Below, in pieces: positions 11,831 through 25,100 of a DNA stretch of 64,000 nt. The notes below the pieces were generated by a model that worked only from the letters and a program-made list of their open reading frames with translations, was not told the DNA's origin and did not search any database. The DNA is taken from assembly GCA_034780895.1 (NCBI GenBank), contig JAUZTB010000066.1:20769569-20833568 (forward strand), given 5' to 3'. Each line of letters starts with the position of its first letter. Position 1 is the stretch's first letter. Source of the DNA: Rhynchobatus australiae (taxonomy: Eukaryota). Made by a program: the position numbers and the translations under genes.

Positions 11831-13604
11831 AGGGCATTATCCTTCAATGTAAGGCCCACAGGTCAGTGGCAGCTTCCATTGATCATGAGGAACTCCCTGA
11901 CTAATTGTTTATATTCTAGTTTTGTGTGGGTGAATTGTGATCAGCAACAGNNNNNNNNNNNNNNNNNNNNNNNNNNNNNNNNNNNNNNNNNNNNNNNNNN
12001 NNNNNNNNNNNNNNNNNNNNNNNNNNNNNNNNNNNNNNNNNNNNNNNNNNNNNNNNNNNNNNNNNNNNNNNNNNNNNNNNNNNNNNNNNNNNNNNNNNNN
12101 NNNNNNNNNNNNNNNNNNNNNNNNNNNNNNNNNNNNNNNNNNNNNNNNNNNNNNNNNNNNNNNNNNNNNNNNNNNNNNNNNNNNNNNNNNNNNNNNNNNN
12201 NNNNNNNNNNNNNNNNNNNNNNNNNNNNNNNNNNNNNNNNNNNNNNNNNNNNNNNNNNNNNNNNNNNNNNNNNNNNNNNNNNNNNNNNNNNNNNNNNNNN
12301 NNNNNNNNNNNNNNNNNNNNNNNNNNNNNNNNNNNNNNNNNNNNNNNNNNNNNNNNNNNNNNNNNNNNNNNNNNNNNNNNNNNNNNNNNNNNNNNNNNNN
12401 NNNNNNNNNNNNNNNNNNNNNNNNNNNNNNNNNNNNNNNNNNNNNNNNNNNNNNNNNNNNNNNNNNNNNNNNNNNNNNNNNNNNNNNNNNNNNNNNNNNN
12501 NNNNNNNNNNNNNNNNNNNNNNNNNNNNNNNNNNNNNNNNNNNNNNNNNNNNNNNNNNNNNNNNNNNNNNNNNNNNNNNNNNNNNNNNNNNNNNNNNNNN
12601 NNNNNNNNNNNNNNNNNNNNNNNNNNNNNNNNNNNNNNNNNNNNNNNNNNNNNNNNNNNNNNNNNNNNNNNNNNNNNNNNNNNNNNNNNNNNNNNNNNNN
12701 NNNNNNNNNNNNNNNNNNNNNNNNNNNNNNNNNNNNNNNNNNNNNNNNNNNNNNNNNNNNNNNNNNNNNNNNNNNNNNNNAGTGTGTAAAGGCTGTTGAG
12801 TGTAGATCAGAGAGTTGAGGGAAGGAGGGGAGGAAACTCTGAAAGAAGGAATTCAGGGATAAACAGAACTGCAAGTAGGAGGGTCAAGGGGAGGGTGGGT
12901 GAGTGGCTGAGAAGCAAGGAGGGAGGGAGCGGGCAAGGGCACCCATGTTTGAGCCCACGTGTGTGTATGAGAGAGGGGAGTGTAGGCACTGTTGCACACT
13001 TTCTGTTTCTTTTGTAACAGTAATGTTGTTTTATTATGCAAGTGGACTTTAATTTTTAGTTACACAAGTTATTCTGCAAAATTCCATCATTAAGAAGTAA
13101 TGAAGCATTTGTTAAATTAGTAGTTAATGTAGCTGTCATATTGAAAGTTTTTCTTTTGGCAAAGATTAGAGAATGGGAGATGATCTCATTGCAGTGTTAC
13201 AGGGTAGATGCAGGAATGATGTTTCGCCGGGTCAGGGTGACAAGAACGAGAGATCATGGGCTTGTAATATGGGCTCAGCCATTCAGGGTAGTGAATCTTT
13301 TACCTCTAGGGTAGTGAATCTTTGGAATTCTGCACCCAAGAAGAGGCTCAGTCGCTATGTGTATATTCAAGACAGTAATTGATGGATTTTTGGGTATTAA
13401 GAGAATAGATGGAAATAGGGTTGGTACAGGAAAGTGGCACTGAGGGAAAAGTTCAGCCAGGATCTTGGAATAGGTATGAGAGGCTGAATGGCCTACTCCT
13501 CCTGTTATTTCTTTGTGTTCTAAAGTGCCAAGAGATACCTGACATTGTAAAAATTGCTTTTTAATATGTCTTTAATTAAAATATTTTGTTCTTCTCTTTT
13601 ACAG

Positions 13605-13664
13605 TGCTCTGGATTTTTAATGATCCTGAAGGGACTGCCGAGCACGTACAATAAGGATTTGCAG
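13605..13664 (+). CDS. ASL: ASL internal exon (exon 13 equivalent): CSGFLMILKGLPSTYNKDLQ
   Basis: ttttacag acceptor, gtaggt donor, 60 nt; KGLPSTYNKDLQ motif. Confidence 0.96.
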
Positions 13665-14925
13665 GTAGGTGGTGCATGTTTCAGGATTTGTGTCTCACTA
13701 TCCTTCAGCAGTGAAGTTTCAGAAGTTCATGCCTTTTCGTTCTTTCTCCTGACATTTTTTTCGGTTTTGCTTTTTTAAAAAAAAGGGAAGGGCTTAGGAA
13801 TTTGGTAGTTCAGGGTCTGGGCCGAGCAGAGGGGTGGGTTGGCTAGGTCAGGGTTTGGGTCTGCGTGTAGAGGGTGGGTTTGGGGTTTCTGAAGGAATGG
13901 GTTAAATAATGGAATTTATCCGAGTGGGATCCCCGCTTGGATTAGTTATCAAAACCTGATTGTTGCAGTCATGACCAGCAATGGATTCCCCTGGCAACAC
14001 TCCAGAAGAATGATTTGCAACTGGAAGCTCTGGTTTGAACTTCCAGTGTAGTGCAAGGTGACTGAAGTGATCACAATTGCATTCCTTTACCTGGTGCTGA
14101 AGAGACAGGGCTTGTGTGACTGCATTGCTCAGCCAGTGACTTAGAAAATTCTTAATAATGTTTCATAATATCTGAAATACTTTAATAATTTCAGGACATG
14201 AGTCTCACACTATTGCTGTTGGCAGTAATGTGTCCACAAGTAGCTCAAACCTGGTGTTTCATGATCAATTTTTAAGTTGTCTAATTCCTGTTTATGGAAC
14301 CTTGCTATGGATAGTGTACAATGTGGCTGCTGCTTTTACTGATGCAACAAGTCAGAAGTCATTTATCAGAAGGGAAAAACCTTGAATATGCAGCGATGTG
14401 GCCAGTTGCCCTATAAACTTCACTTATCACAAGGTTCATNNNNNNNNNNNNNNNNNNNNNNNNNNNNNNNNNNNNNNNNNNNNNNNNNNNNNNNNNNNNN
14501 NNNNNNNNNNNNNNNNNNNNNNNNNNNNNNNNNNNNNNNGAATAGTTCTTCCCCTGTAAACCTACCAAATAAAAAGTCCAATAATAAAGTCCAAGTAGTG
14601 TTTGGAATCAAAGGTATGCTTGTGCAATTGTTTACAAGGCCTTGTGGACAGCATATTTACTCAAAAATAAAATAATTTACAAAGCAGCAACTGCCTTCTG
14701 CAGAAACGTGGAGCTTTTGGTGCTGAACCTGGAGACTGGAGACCTGGTGCATGCTGTACTCACAGTCCTTGGCATTCTGAGTTCCCAAGTACATGCCTCA
14801 TACATGATACCATGTGGGCAAAGTGCAGAAGCAGAAAAGAACTTCAATATTTCTGATGTGCTGTTTGGTATTGCCCTAACACTTAAAAAATCCCACTGTG
14901 AGTCTGGCCAAAATATCATGCATGG

Positions 14926-15092
14926 CTTGTACACGTTGCTCTACTCATGCATGACTTGCAAACCTGTTCTACTCAAGTACTCCTTGTACACACTGTCAGC
15001 TCATGCACTACTTATACAGCTGTTCTACTCAAGTACTACATGCACACATTGTTCTACTCCTGTACTACTTGTGCACCCTGTTCTATTCATAC
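14926..15092. repeat. Degenerate minisatellite, unit about 27-30 nt (ctgttctactcaagtactacttgtacac)
   Basis: About 6 imperfect tandem units visible. Confidence 0.7.
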
Positions 15093-15272
15093 TGCAAAGC
15101 GGTTTGCAGATTGCAAATGCCCAGTATATTTGGTGTCTCTGGGTATGTATTCATTCCCTTTTTTAGCCAATGGGAGAAGGAAGTTTATTCAAAAATACAT
15201 AGATTTATGAATTTAGATCTTGGCACATGATAAAGAGGTATTCCTTACTTATGGAAGAAGGATGCACTTTAC

Positions 15273-15415
15273 CTGACAGGCATCGATACCTCCACCTGCA
15301 AAACCAGCACAGATCTCTTTACTGCCTACATGATGGCCATACCAGCTGTTCTGTTGACAGGTTTCTAAAGGAATCAATTCAACTGCAGCCTCCTGAAGAA
15401 CACGTGCTGGCCTAC
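15273..15415 (-). CDS. Acrosin/TMPRSS12-like serine protease exon 4: (G)RPARVLQEAAVELIPLETCQQNSWYGHHVGSKEICAGFAGGGIDACQ
   Basis: Minus-strand tttag acceptor and gtaaag donor; 143 nt, phase 1 to 0; LQEA.V.LI, ICAG and DACQ (Asp189 S1 pocket) are typical of S1A trypsin-like proteases. Absent from the ORF track. Confidence 0.9.
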
Positions 15416-17819
15416 CTAAACAAAAATAAAGAGAAATTCAAATGAATTGTATAACTAGCCCACCTACGACCTAATTATTATCAGTACGATCTAAACCAAA
15501 ATGAAAAATCTTCCTATGATATGTGAAGAGTTAACAATATTTCCACTAGAACATGTGTGGCTTTCCTCTGGGTGTTTTAGTTTCCACCTACGTGCCAATA
15601 GAACATAAGTTGGTAAGTTAAGTGACCACTGTAAATGACCCCTGGTGTAGGTGGGATGGGGATATGTAAACAATAGGTTACAGGGAAAAGTGCTGAGACT
15701 CAATAGGCTGAATCCTTCTATGTCTTATGTAAAAATGGAACTGATATTTCTAATATCTAAAATAAGGTTTCAAACAAAACTGAAAATCCTTGCTGTTGTT
15801 TTTTTTATTATCCTTTCCAACCTTTGGCAAACTTTGCATAAGTGTCTTCAGCCTTGCCTGAAAGCCTGGCTCCACCCAGAGGTGTAACTGTGGTGGCTGA
15901 AGGTAGACCTGAAAATGTGAGTGCATTTGATGTGTGTAATTTCTCTGGGCAGAAACAGGAGAGTGCATTTCTCATGCTACCTTTAGTTTATTACCTTTCC
16001 AAAGTAGAATACATGAGGCAGAGAAGGACATACATTTCAAACAGCCTTTCAAGTATGCTCCACCATTCAATGGCCACAATTAGGGCCAATCTTGTATTTC
16101 CAATCCCCCTGTCCTTTGATACCTATAGTTTCCAAAATCTATCAGGGGCTGCCAGCTGATTCTACATTGTTGTAGATGTAGTTGTTCTTTCAAAGAACAT
16201 CTATTCCAGTGACAATAGCCTTTGAATTACTCTGCTGTTGTCTTTCTCATGGCAGGGGTGACAGTAAAAGGGAACTCTTGTGGAGAAACATCTTGGTAAG
16301 TTTTAGTGGTGCATGGATCATACATTCTGTCACCATTGTATACTGCTGAGAGAATGACAGATACTGAGCACTGAGACAGATATCGATACTGAGACATACA
16401 TGTTTTGTCCTTGAAGGTACCTAGTTTCATGAATGCCATTCAAGTGCACTTCATCAGACTCTTGGTTCAAGCCGTGAAAAGAGATGTGTTACTGACTACC
16501 CATCCTCCTTCCTGTTCCTTTATCTCTGGTAGGCTGTAGCTGGAGCTGGTCCAACTCAGTTTTGTTAATGAGAACTCCAAGACCTCAGTGTTGAGATGTT
16601 CATTGTTAGCAGTGCTATTGAAAATCAGGAGGAAAATCTTGTAAGGGTTGGTCTTTCCAAGAAAGTTATGTCACAAACACTGTTCAAGTCCTATTGTACA
16701 CTGTTTCATTACCCGAGGAGTTGTGAATCGAACTCAACAATGTAGAATCAGTTGGCAGCCCCAATCCTGTCTCTATGACGGAGGGTACGTCATTGAATAA
16801 GCCAAAAAATTTTTAACAACTTACTTTGGGCTTCAAAAAACCCTCTTCCTTTGAGTTACCTGTATATCAATCACTGGAAATATTTCCCTATGTGATCTTA
16901 GTTTTGCCAGTTGTCTATTGCTAAAGTCCAATAGATCAATGCTGCATAAATTAGTGGATCTGATTCAGTAGTTGCTCATATATGCATGTCCACCATAAGC
17001 TCACCTGATCCCAGACCTACTGTACTTATACCCACTTGATGTGCTCAATACACACTCACATCCTACTGCTAAACCAGTCAGTACAGACCAGCAAAACTGT
17101 CAGGGCTGGACAAATAAACCCCAGGGGCCATTGTCCTGAGCGGAAACCCTGTGCCCAGATTACTGATGAGAAAGCATTCCTCCTACACTCTGGAATCTGA
17201 AGGAAATTTACCCTTCAGTGCAGGCCCCTAATGCCTCTCCTCTTTCTCCCATTCACTTCCTTCTGTCAGGTTGGTCCAAGAAAATCCTACTGCCATACAC
17301 CTACCAGCAGCATCCTCTGAACCAATTTGTTATCATCATCAATCCAGATCTCACTTCCCCTAATCACGTGGTCTTTGATAACTTTGTGTTGACGCACCAC
17401 AAATACACTTTTTCAGCACTGTTTTGCATTGCAGTTCGCATTATTAGAACACTTATGGACCCTTTCCCCACTCCAATATTCTTCCCATTGCTAAACCTTT
17501 CTCAATCCTGAAATTGTAACCACCCCTCCCTTCCATCTCCTGTACTGCAACTTTCTTCTATCATCTCAGGTCTCTTGTACCCCCATCCATTCTGCTTTCC
17601 CAAGATACTCATTCATAATTCTTCCTGATTCCCGTACTACCTTCCTAACATTGCTGAGCTGGAACACAGTGTAACAAACATGGTCCAATGAGGGGATGAC
17701 GGTTCCAGGTGATGAACATAGAATAGTACAGCACAGAAACAGGCCCGTTGGCCCACAATGTTGTGCTGAACTAATTAAGCTAATGACACCTAATCCCTTC
17801 TGACCAGTAAGGCCAATCA

Positions 17820-18780
17820 ACTGGGTTATTTTGTCCTGTTTGGTGTTGAGTTCTTTGGGTTCATCCAGGCAAGTGGAGAGTATTTCATTGCAGTCCTGAC
17901 TTACAACTTGTAGACAGGGGACTCAGCAACAGAAATGCCATTGAATGTCAAGGGTCGATGATTAGGTTTCTTATGTTGGAATTGGTCATTGCCTAGAATT
18001 GGTCATTTGTGGTGTGAATGTTAGTTGCCACTTAGCAGCCATACTTGAATGTGGTCTAGGCGTTGCTGCACTAAGGTGTGAATTGTTTCGTTTGCTGAGG
18101 AGTTGAGAATGGAATTGAACCATGTGATCATCAGCAAGTAACCTCACTTCAGATCTTACGATAGATGGAAGGGCACTGAGGAAGTAGCTGAAGATGGTTG
18201 TGCCTAGGATACTACCCAGAGGAACTCCTGCTGTGACGTCCTGGTACTGGGATGATTGACCTCCACTAACCACAACCATCTTCCTTTGTGCAAGATATGC
18301 TGGAGGGATTTCCCCTCGATGTCCCTGATTTCAGTCTTATTAGTGCTCCTTGTTGCCACAATGCTGCCTTGACGTTAATGCCAGAGACTTCCATTTCACC
18401 TCTGCAGTTCAGTTTGCTGAGGGTGTGCTGAAATGTGAATCCAAGGGGTCTCCCAAAACACAGACTGGGCATTGGTGAGCAGGTTATTGATGAGAAGGTG
18501 CTGCTTGTTAATCCTCTCTATGACACTGAGGAAAGTCTGCATGTTGTTGGGTAGATGTCAGTATTTGAACTGTGCAGAACAACTTGGCTAGAATTGCCAT
18601 AAGCTCTGGAGCACAGATCTTCATCTAGGCCGTTGATTGGATCATAGCCTTTACTATATCCAGTGCTGTCAATCACTTCTTTATATCATGTAAACTGAAT
18701 TAAATTGATTGAAGACTGGCTTCTGCACTGCTGGGGAAGAAGATGAGATGCATCATCCACTTCTTTTTTAGGATCAAAGA
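17820..18780 (-). mobile_element. Degenerate CR1/L2-type LINE; a related copy lies at about 44140-45600
   Basis: Minus ORF VTAGVPLGSILGTTIFSYFLSALPSIVRSEVRLLADD is a decayed RT GVPQGSVLGP/FADD; shares ggatgattgacctcca...accatcttcctttgtgc with 45358-45400. Confidence 0.75.
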
Positions 18781-20689
18781 AATTTTCAGCAGAGAGAAGG
18801 TCATTTAATCCATGCCAGACTAGAGTCAGCTGTTTAGGTGAATTCAGCATCTTGACCAATAGCCTTGCTGGTTGTAGTACCTTATATTTTGTGCTCATCC
18901 AGACCCTTCAGAATGTGTGGAAAGTTTCAGTCTCTACAATTTTCCAGGCAATTAAGTTCCCAATGAACCCCAAAAGAGCTGATTGGAACCAATAAACACC
19001 CAATCCAATATTACTGGGTCCTGCAAAGTGGCTACGTTAGTGTTTGCCTTGATGTTAACATCAAATAAAAGGTAAAAGCAATATACGAATGGATGATATT
19101 TATCAAGTGCCTGCTGTCGGGAGTGTGGAGGGATCTGTGCTGGTCACTTGGAGCTATCATTATCTGCTGTTATTCTCCAGTTTGGAGATTGTGGGTGTGA
19201 TGGAGTGTCTTTCCTTGCATCCACCATCCCATCTAATTCAAAAAGTATGACTTCTCTTTGTCTGCTACTTCTTTGAAACTAGATATCCTATCAGCAAATA
19301 ATTAAGGCCTGCTTCCAACCATCCTATTCCTTTCCAATTTCTTCTTCAGATGGTTATAGCCAGAACAAAGATCAATCGCCTGTGGAACAAGGAGAAAGTT
19401 ATTCAAATTAGTGACTTTGGAATAGGCATAACCTAAATAAAAAATGATTGGAATGGTTTTCTAGGAGATACAATTTCCACACAGATATTGATAAGGATTT
19501 TATTTCCATTAAATTTAAGTAGTCTGGGCTGATGCAAAATACTTCTAATATAAAAAGTAATTATTTCCAAAAAAAATGGTGCATTAGCCTTACCAGATGG
19601 CTGAAGCTTTGAGAAACATCTTCATCTTTCCTAAAGTAGCTTGGCCTCCTTATTGTTAATGGTAACTAAGTAGATCTGCTGCAGACTTTTGCTTATATGA
19701 TTCCATTCTTTTCATCAGCACTTACTCAAGTTTATTTGCTCTTTCCTACAATAAACAGTTCTTTTGTATTATGTTGTAAACTCTTTACTGTCTACAATGT
19801 AATCATGATGTGTTTCCCATTCTTCAGTTTGTAACTTTGTGCCAAAAAATTGCATTTTAATTTCATAAATTATTTAACCTAAAATGAAAAGTTCTGTCTC
19901 AATACATAACAAACAACATTCCAATGAACCTTAGACTCTGTTTTTCTCCTTCACCACCAGGAGTTAGTTAATACTTAGTGGCCGATGCAAGGTCCCCAGT
20001 GCCTGTTCACCAACAGCTTTGGTATTCTGCCTTGCCTTCGATAAGGTAATGGAGAATGCGTCTCTGACTACATATAATGTGCCAAAGATCACCAGAGTCT
20101 TCTGATTACTTTCCAGCCCACGCAATTGTACCTGAAGAACAGTTTCTCAAGATTTATAAGAAATGAATGATATTGTTTGGTAGGCTTTTCAGAATTCCCA
20201 CTCTGATAGTTAGTAAAAACAGGGTCCTCCACATAATTGTCAATGGCGTCAGGACTTTGTGGTTCAGGAAATACTTGCTGTCTCTTCAGAGTTGTCCCAT
20301 CTGGTGGCACAGTAGGCCTCATGCTGGCATTGTGCTTTGAAACCCTGTGAGCATGGTCAGTCAGCTTCCACTGATCCTCAGGTGAAAAAAAGAGTTCCTG
20401 GCAACGTTGACTGGAATGGAACCAACTTAATACCAAGCTGGTGGAGTAAGTGTATATCAAAGACATCTGAGAAACCTTTAAAATAATAATTAATACCAAA
20501 TGCCAATGGAAATATAAATATGTCTCCTCTTTCATACATAGGTGATACAAGATATAGATGTGCTTTGGTGGCACAGTCAAGAAATCAAACAGTTTTTAAA
20601 AAATACTTAGGTAATCAGTCATCGTGTCCATTGATTTTAATTTTCTGCTTTAACTAATTAAATATTATATTTTTTATTGATCTCATAAT

Positions 20690-21040
20690 TCCTTACAACA
20701 TTTGGCCCATCGAGTCTATGCCAGCTCTCAGAGCAATCCCATTTTCCTGCTTATTTCCATAGAACCTATTCTCTCACATACGCTCATTGACCCTCCTCTG
20801 CTCCTTCCTCCAGCCTCCTATGCAATATCATGTATCAGATCTGCAAAGAACAACCCTTCTGGAACTTATAATATTCACAAAATATTTACCTACTAACACA
20901 AGAATCAACACATCTTTGGCATGTGGGAGAAAACTGGAGCACCTGGGCAGAATGCATATGGTCACAGAGAGAACATGCAAACTCCACACGGACAGCACTG
21001 GAAGTTAGCATCGAACCCGTGTACCTGTACCTGCCCTGAA
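20690..21040 (-). mobile_element. V-SINE (HE1-like) copy containing a 68-bp insertion
   Basis: Reverse complement of the V-domain ggagtttgcatgttctc...gctccagttttctcccacatgccaaagatg. Confidence 0.7.
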
Positions 21041-23099
21041 TTAGCACTGCCCTGGAGAATGGGGATTCATGGTATAACCAATGATAGTGACTGGACAAAC
21101 AGTTTTGGCAGCAGAGCCCATAATACTGAAGAATTTATTTTTCCATGCATACAAGTCCTAATGAAAAATGTCTAATGCAAGTAAATGCAATATCACGTAT
21201 CAGATCTGCAAAGAACAACTCTTCTGGAACTTATAATATTCACAAAATATTTGCACAAATAACATTTCACAGTCTGATAACCTATTCTGGCAGAGTAACT
21301 TCTCATTATTAAAACCTATCAGCAAGATGAACTTTCTCTGCCTAGATGGCATTTGTAGAATCAAACAGGCTTATACTACTCATGGGTAATCGAATGGGTA
21401 AATGATAGAATTCCTTAAATTATTGTTTTTTGCAGGATGGAAATTATAATAGATTGCAAAAAACAGGTTGGGCCTTGAAAATCACTGCATAGAAATACCT
21501 TAGTGTTGGGAATTATCCTGAGCAGCTCTTTCAAGGCAGATTTTGCTCACAGCATGCAATGTATATCATCTTTCACCTAACATCAGGCTAGGCTGAAGAC
21601 ACTGATGGGAAGGCAGTGAAGTTTTGACAATTAGTGACTGCTTCACTTTGAATTTGTAAACTTCATAATTTCATTTACAGGGAAATATAATCACATATGG
21701 TCCTGATAACTTGGTAATATCAAGTTCACCTAAATCACCTTTCACCTTCCTTTTCTCTAACCCATTTTTTAATATTTCTCACATGGGCTCAGTTAATTTA
21801 ATGAAAATCAGGGAGAGGTGGGGGTCAGGGGGTAACATTGCTGAAATTGGGAGATGTCCTACAATGGCTGGGCTCATCTTCACTAACCTACCTCCCATGC
21901 AGCAAAGTTAAAAATGAACCTCAGTATCACTTAGAATAACTGTAGCAAAAATTTAGTTCTGCTGTGTTCTTTCTTCATGGTACATAGTACGAAAAAAAAT
22001 TCCCAGAAAATGGAATTCACCCTCTTTGGTGCTATAAACGTGCTGTGCATAAGTGCTAATGTTCAAATGGATCCCCTGCAAAAAAAATCATGGAATTGCG
22101 CAACAGTACATAAACACAGCACCATGGAGTTTTATACATGGAATCGTGCACTGAAGTGGGATCTATGCAGTTCCCATCCAGAGCTATAAGCAGAGATCTC
22201 CACGCAACACTTCAGACCTTAAGGGAGGTCTCCTATGATATCATTCCACAGAGCAGCTACAGAAATGGTTACCGTGGAAATAAGAGAAAAACAGAGGGAA
22301 GGGTGAAGGCATAAATCAATGTCCTGTATGTCTAGGCAACCCCCAATGACAGTCTGCTCTGATCATCCTCCATGCCATGAGTAGCCCTAGGCATAATATT
22401 GGAACATGCAATGTGGGTGTGGTTTGAACAGAAACACTGTAAACAGTGAAGGGAACGCCACTGATGTGGTTTCCGTTATCCTGAGCTTTGGAAACTGATG
22501 CTGACTGATGTTGTGTGCAAGACTTTGATGTCACAGAGCAGATCTTATGCTAAACATCTCATGCCAATCCCTGTGCAACATGCTTTGAGTATTTTGGTCA
22601 ATGCTCAGCAATTGTTCACCCAATTTATATTGGTAAGGAAGGGCACGTGTGTTGTGTGACTTGTGATGTCATTAGATGTGTGAATGACTCCAGGAAAACA
22701 ACAAGGTGAATTATGCATTCTTCCAGACGGGCCTCATTTCACTAGTGTGATCACCTTTATACACAATTTGCACATGAATACAATGAGTCCAATTTCCAGG
22801 CACATGTTGTTCTCAGAAAATTACCAGCCTTGTCTTGATAAACATGGACCCCAGAACATAGCTCAATAGTTCTTCTTAATGCATTATAGAATGGAAGTTC
22901 ACTCTCCAATAGAGAATAATAGAACATTGTAAACACTGGCCAGAAGTTTACGTCCATTAAAATTAGTGACCATGTCTGTATTTATATATTTATAAAGGTA
23001 TATATGCATTATCCACAGCTCTTTTTGAGTTTACAAGGCATTCAACTCGAGGAAAGTTATATTAAGAACATCAGTAAGATCATGCGTTCTGTCAGCACC

Positions 23100-25100
23100 A
23101 CTTTCCTTCACTAACCACAAAGAATTGAGTCCCTTAATCTAAAAGTCTTTGATCTTGATCTTGAATATAATTATCAACCCAGCCTCCTTAGCCCCCTTAG
23201 GTAGATAATTCCAAAAGTTCGCCCCCTCTTTATGAAGAAGTTTCTTTTCATCTCTGTCCTGTAAGACGAATCCCTTATTTTGAGACTGTGCCCCTGATTC
23301 TGAATACTCCAGCCAAGGGAAATATCAACACTGCACCTACCCTGTCAAGCCTCTTAGAGGTTTGTATGTTTCAATCAGATCAGCTCGGATTCTTGAGAAT
23401 ACGGATCTAATCTACTTAATCGGTCTTCATAAGACAAGCCGACCATTCCTGGAACCTTTGCTACTTTTGCTCTATCACAAGTATATCCTTTCAGAGGTAG
23501 AGAAACCACATCTGTACAAAATATTCCAGATGTGGTCTCATCAGGGCACTATATCATTTGAACAAGATGTCTTTCATCTTGTATTCAAATCCTCTCTTAA
23601 TAATGGCCAATATACCATTTGCTTTGCTAATTACCCATTGAACCTGCATAGTAACTTTCAATGATCTGTGCAGAAGGACAATCAGGTCCATCTGTCATTT
23701 GAAAAAAATTCTTATTTTTTTCTACCAAAGTGGATGATCCCACATTTTTCCACATTGTATTCCATGTTCTTGTCCATTCATTTAGCCTGTATCCTAAAGC
23801 CTCTCTGCATCTTTCTCATAGCCTACATTTCTATCTAATTTTGTATCTTCAGCAAACTTAGCTATATTACATGTGATCTCCTCATTCCTATCATTGATAT
23901 GCATTATGAATATCTGGAGTAAAAACAGAGAATGCTCAAACACTCAGCGTATCGGGCAGCAGCTGTGGAAAGAGAGAAACGGTTAATGTTTCAGGTCTAA
24001 GACTCTTCAATCAGAAGTGAGAAAGAAAGAAAAACAAGTTAGTGTTCAGTAGGAGAGAATGTGAGGAGAGGATAGGAAGAAAAAAGGAATATCTGAGGGC
24101 CCAGCACCAATCCCCATGCAGCCCATTGACCACTTTGTTCCTACTCTCTAATTTCTCTCCATTAACCATAACTTAATCCACTGTGCTGTATCAACCCCAA
24201 TATTATGTGCTCACTTTGTTTCATAACCTCTCATGAGGCACCTTAACAAAAGACCTTCTGAAGGTTGAAAACACATCAACTGTTTTGCCCTCATCTATTC
24301 TGATTGTCACAATCTCAAAAAACAAACAGATTTATCAAACATAATTTCCCTTCCATAAATCCATGTTGACTCTGCCCAATCCTTCTGTAATAATAGATCC
24401 CAGCACTTTCCCTGCTGTTGATGTCAAGCTAACTGACCTACAGTTCCCTATTTCTCTCTCCCTCCTTTCTTAAACAGTGGGGTTACATCTGCTGCCTTCC
24501 AATCTTTGGGAACCATTCCAGAATTTGGAAGTTGGCAACCAATGCCTCCGTTATCTCCATAGCCACCTACTTCAAATCTCTAAGATGCAATTCATCAGCT
24601 TCAAGGGATTTATTGGCTCTCAGTCCTGTTAATTTCTCCAAAACTATCTATCAACTAATGTTAATTTCATTGAGTCCACATTTACTCTAGACCTATGGCT
24701 CTCCATTATTGCACTAGTTTTCTGTGCCTTATTCCATGAAAGCAGACATCAAGTATTAGTTTTACTTCTCTGGGATTTCCTTAATCCCCTGTATGATTTC
24801 TCTTGCCTCAGTCTATAAGGAATCCACATTAATTTTTTTTAATTCTTTGCTTTTTGCAAATCCATAGAGGCTCTTATAATGAAATACACCATATCATCTG
24901 TTATCTGTTCAATTAGTCACAAATTCAAAGAATTCCAACAGATTTATCAAATATGATTTCTCTTTCATAAATCCATGTTGACTTTTCCCAATCTTCTTAT
25001 TGTTGTTTATATGATTCCTGCTGGCAAGATCCAGTATTCTACTTCCCCTTTCCTTTTCAATGCCTTTATCCTTGTTTGCTGAGTTCTGAAATTTTCCCAA
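23100..25100 (-). mobile_element. Degenerate CR1 LINE with a nested Penelope-type fragment (23917-24086, flanked by gaatatctg repeats)
   Basis: Minus ORF IGKSQHGFMKEKSYLINLLEFFE is the CR1 RT SQHGFxKGxSCLTNLLEFFE motif; 9-bp direct repeat at 23908-23916 and 24087-24095. Confidence 0.75.

Noticed and set aside
2144-12874. Long ORFs in the track made mostly of X (for example 5597-6424, 11816-12799)
   Set aside because: Artefacts of translating through N-gaps
14540-14600. Minus-strand tttacag acceptor next to the gap as the start of protease exon 5
   Set aside because: The following codons read GKNY, not GDSGGP
14926-15092. Spaced repeats superficially like a CRISPR array
   Set aside because: Eukaryotic intron, degenerate tandem units without unique spacers, no cas genes
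15852-15916. AG...GTGAGT-bounded plus-strand segment (LPESLAPPRGVTVVAEGRPEN)
   Set aside because: No similarity to the missing ASL exons, weak pyrimidine tract and no partner exons
20089-20580. 163-aa minus-strand ORF inside the protease intron
   Set aside because: No recognisable domain, non-ATG start, no convincing splice sites
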